A stretch of DNA of 64,000 nt from assembly GCA_030390025.1 (NCBI GenBank), contig CM059432.1, positions 75,084,001 to 75,148,000 of the forward strand. Direction: 5' to 3'. The notes under the pieces were generated by a model. That model saw only the letters and a list, made by a program, of their open reading frames with translations, ran no database searches and had not been told where the DNA came from. Source of the DNA: Squalus acanthias (taxonomy: Eukaryota). Positions 63,101-64,000 of the stretch are shown here, in pieces (the first letter of the stretch is position 1; each line of letters opens with the position of its first letter). Position numbers and translations under genes: made by a program.

Positions 63101-64000
63101 TTCCCTACATGTTCAACTGAGATTTGTTGCCGACACCTGAAGTGTGCTAGAAAAAACAATAGGCTAGAGGCACAATAGATTAGATCTCTTGTGGCATTGT
63201 GCACAGTGAGTCATAGGATATATTGGAATAAAAATGGAACACTGATAGCTCACTACCCCAAGTTCTAACCTGTTTTCCAGCAGTGAGCTGATCAGAGGAT
63301 TATAGGAGGCTGGATAGAGGTGGCAATGAAAATGAGTGGGGGGGGGGGGGTGCGGTAAATGCTTCCAATGTCAAACTGGGGCACCGGGGGTGGTAAAGTA
63401 GAGAAAAGAATGATGGCAGGAGTAATTACAGGAAGTGTGGCGTGTATGCAAGACTTAATAAATTACTAGTGGTAGGCTTAAGGCCATACTACACAGGGCA
63501 GGGGCAGAGTAGGCCCAAAACTGAGCTGCTGCAGATGGATTGAGCTGAGACAACTACAAAAGATCTCCAGTACCTTAAATACCCAATAAACACAGCAAAC
63601 TACTCAAAAATTGGATGAGGAAAAAAAATGGTAGATGGACATGGGTGACTCAGACCACGGGGGCAGGAGGCCGACAACTGCAGCGTGACAGAAATAAGGT
63701 TTTCCCTGTTATAAACTGTTGACACAATGGCCTTGATTATAACCCCCTTCAACAGCAAGAATGGTACGTAGAAGGGGGGTCAACATGAGACCAAGTCTAC
63801 TTACCCACCTGGCGGCATCATAGCTTTAACTTTGAAGTCGGCCGAGAGACCGATGCATTTCCACGCTTGTATCAGCTGTAAAGGCCAGTGTCCAACGCTA
63901 ACTTTATGCCTAGGACTGTTCAGTTGGGTCCCTGGTCTCTTCCCAACCCGATTTCCTGCTCCCACCCACCAACCCCGACGTCAATCCTGCTGGTTTCGGG

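Noticed and set aside
58600..64000. Junctin- or aspolin-type terminal exon, or the DADGDGDFD EF-hand exon of ASPH
   Set aside because: I found no K/E-rich, poly-D or EF-hand coding sequence on the minus strand. They probably lie beyond the window. The AT-rich stretch could be UTR but I cannot show it.
1..64000. Prokaryotic systems such as CRISPR arrays, operons or defence islands
   Set aside because: The sequence is eukaryotic intron-exon DNA, with no regularly spaced repeat-spacer array and no gene-dense region.

Overview
Vertebrate genomic DNA, most likely from a shark or other cartilaginous fish (inferred from an HE1-type V-SINE, Deu-domain SINEs and abundant CR1/L2 LINEs). None of the long ORFs in the supplied track is a host gene; they are decayed retrotransposon ORFs or chance ORFs. 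The host gene is on the minus strand as tiny exons. I reconstructed by eye 18 canonical AG/GT, phase-1/phase-1 exons (52517 down to 22297; 972 nt, about 324 aa, about 37% D+E by my count) and a terminal exon reading D-L-stop (2014-2007) followed by a long AU-rich 3'UTR. These match the acidic luminal domain of ASPH and its junctate/humbug-type end; human comparisons are from memory. The transmembrane and catalytic exons lie outside the window. The introns hold nested CR1/L2 LINEs, SINEs, several PIF/Harbinger-like MITEs and a Myb/SANT remnant. They also hold a Penelope-type foldback insertion with a minimal hammerhead ribozyme core, 57 nt upstream of an ASPH splice acceptor. Repeat boundaries are approximate unless a TIR or TSD is quoted.
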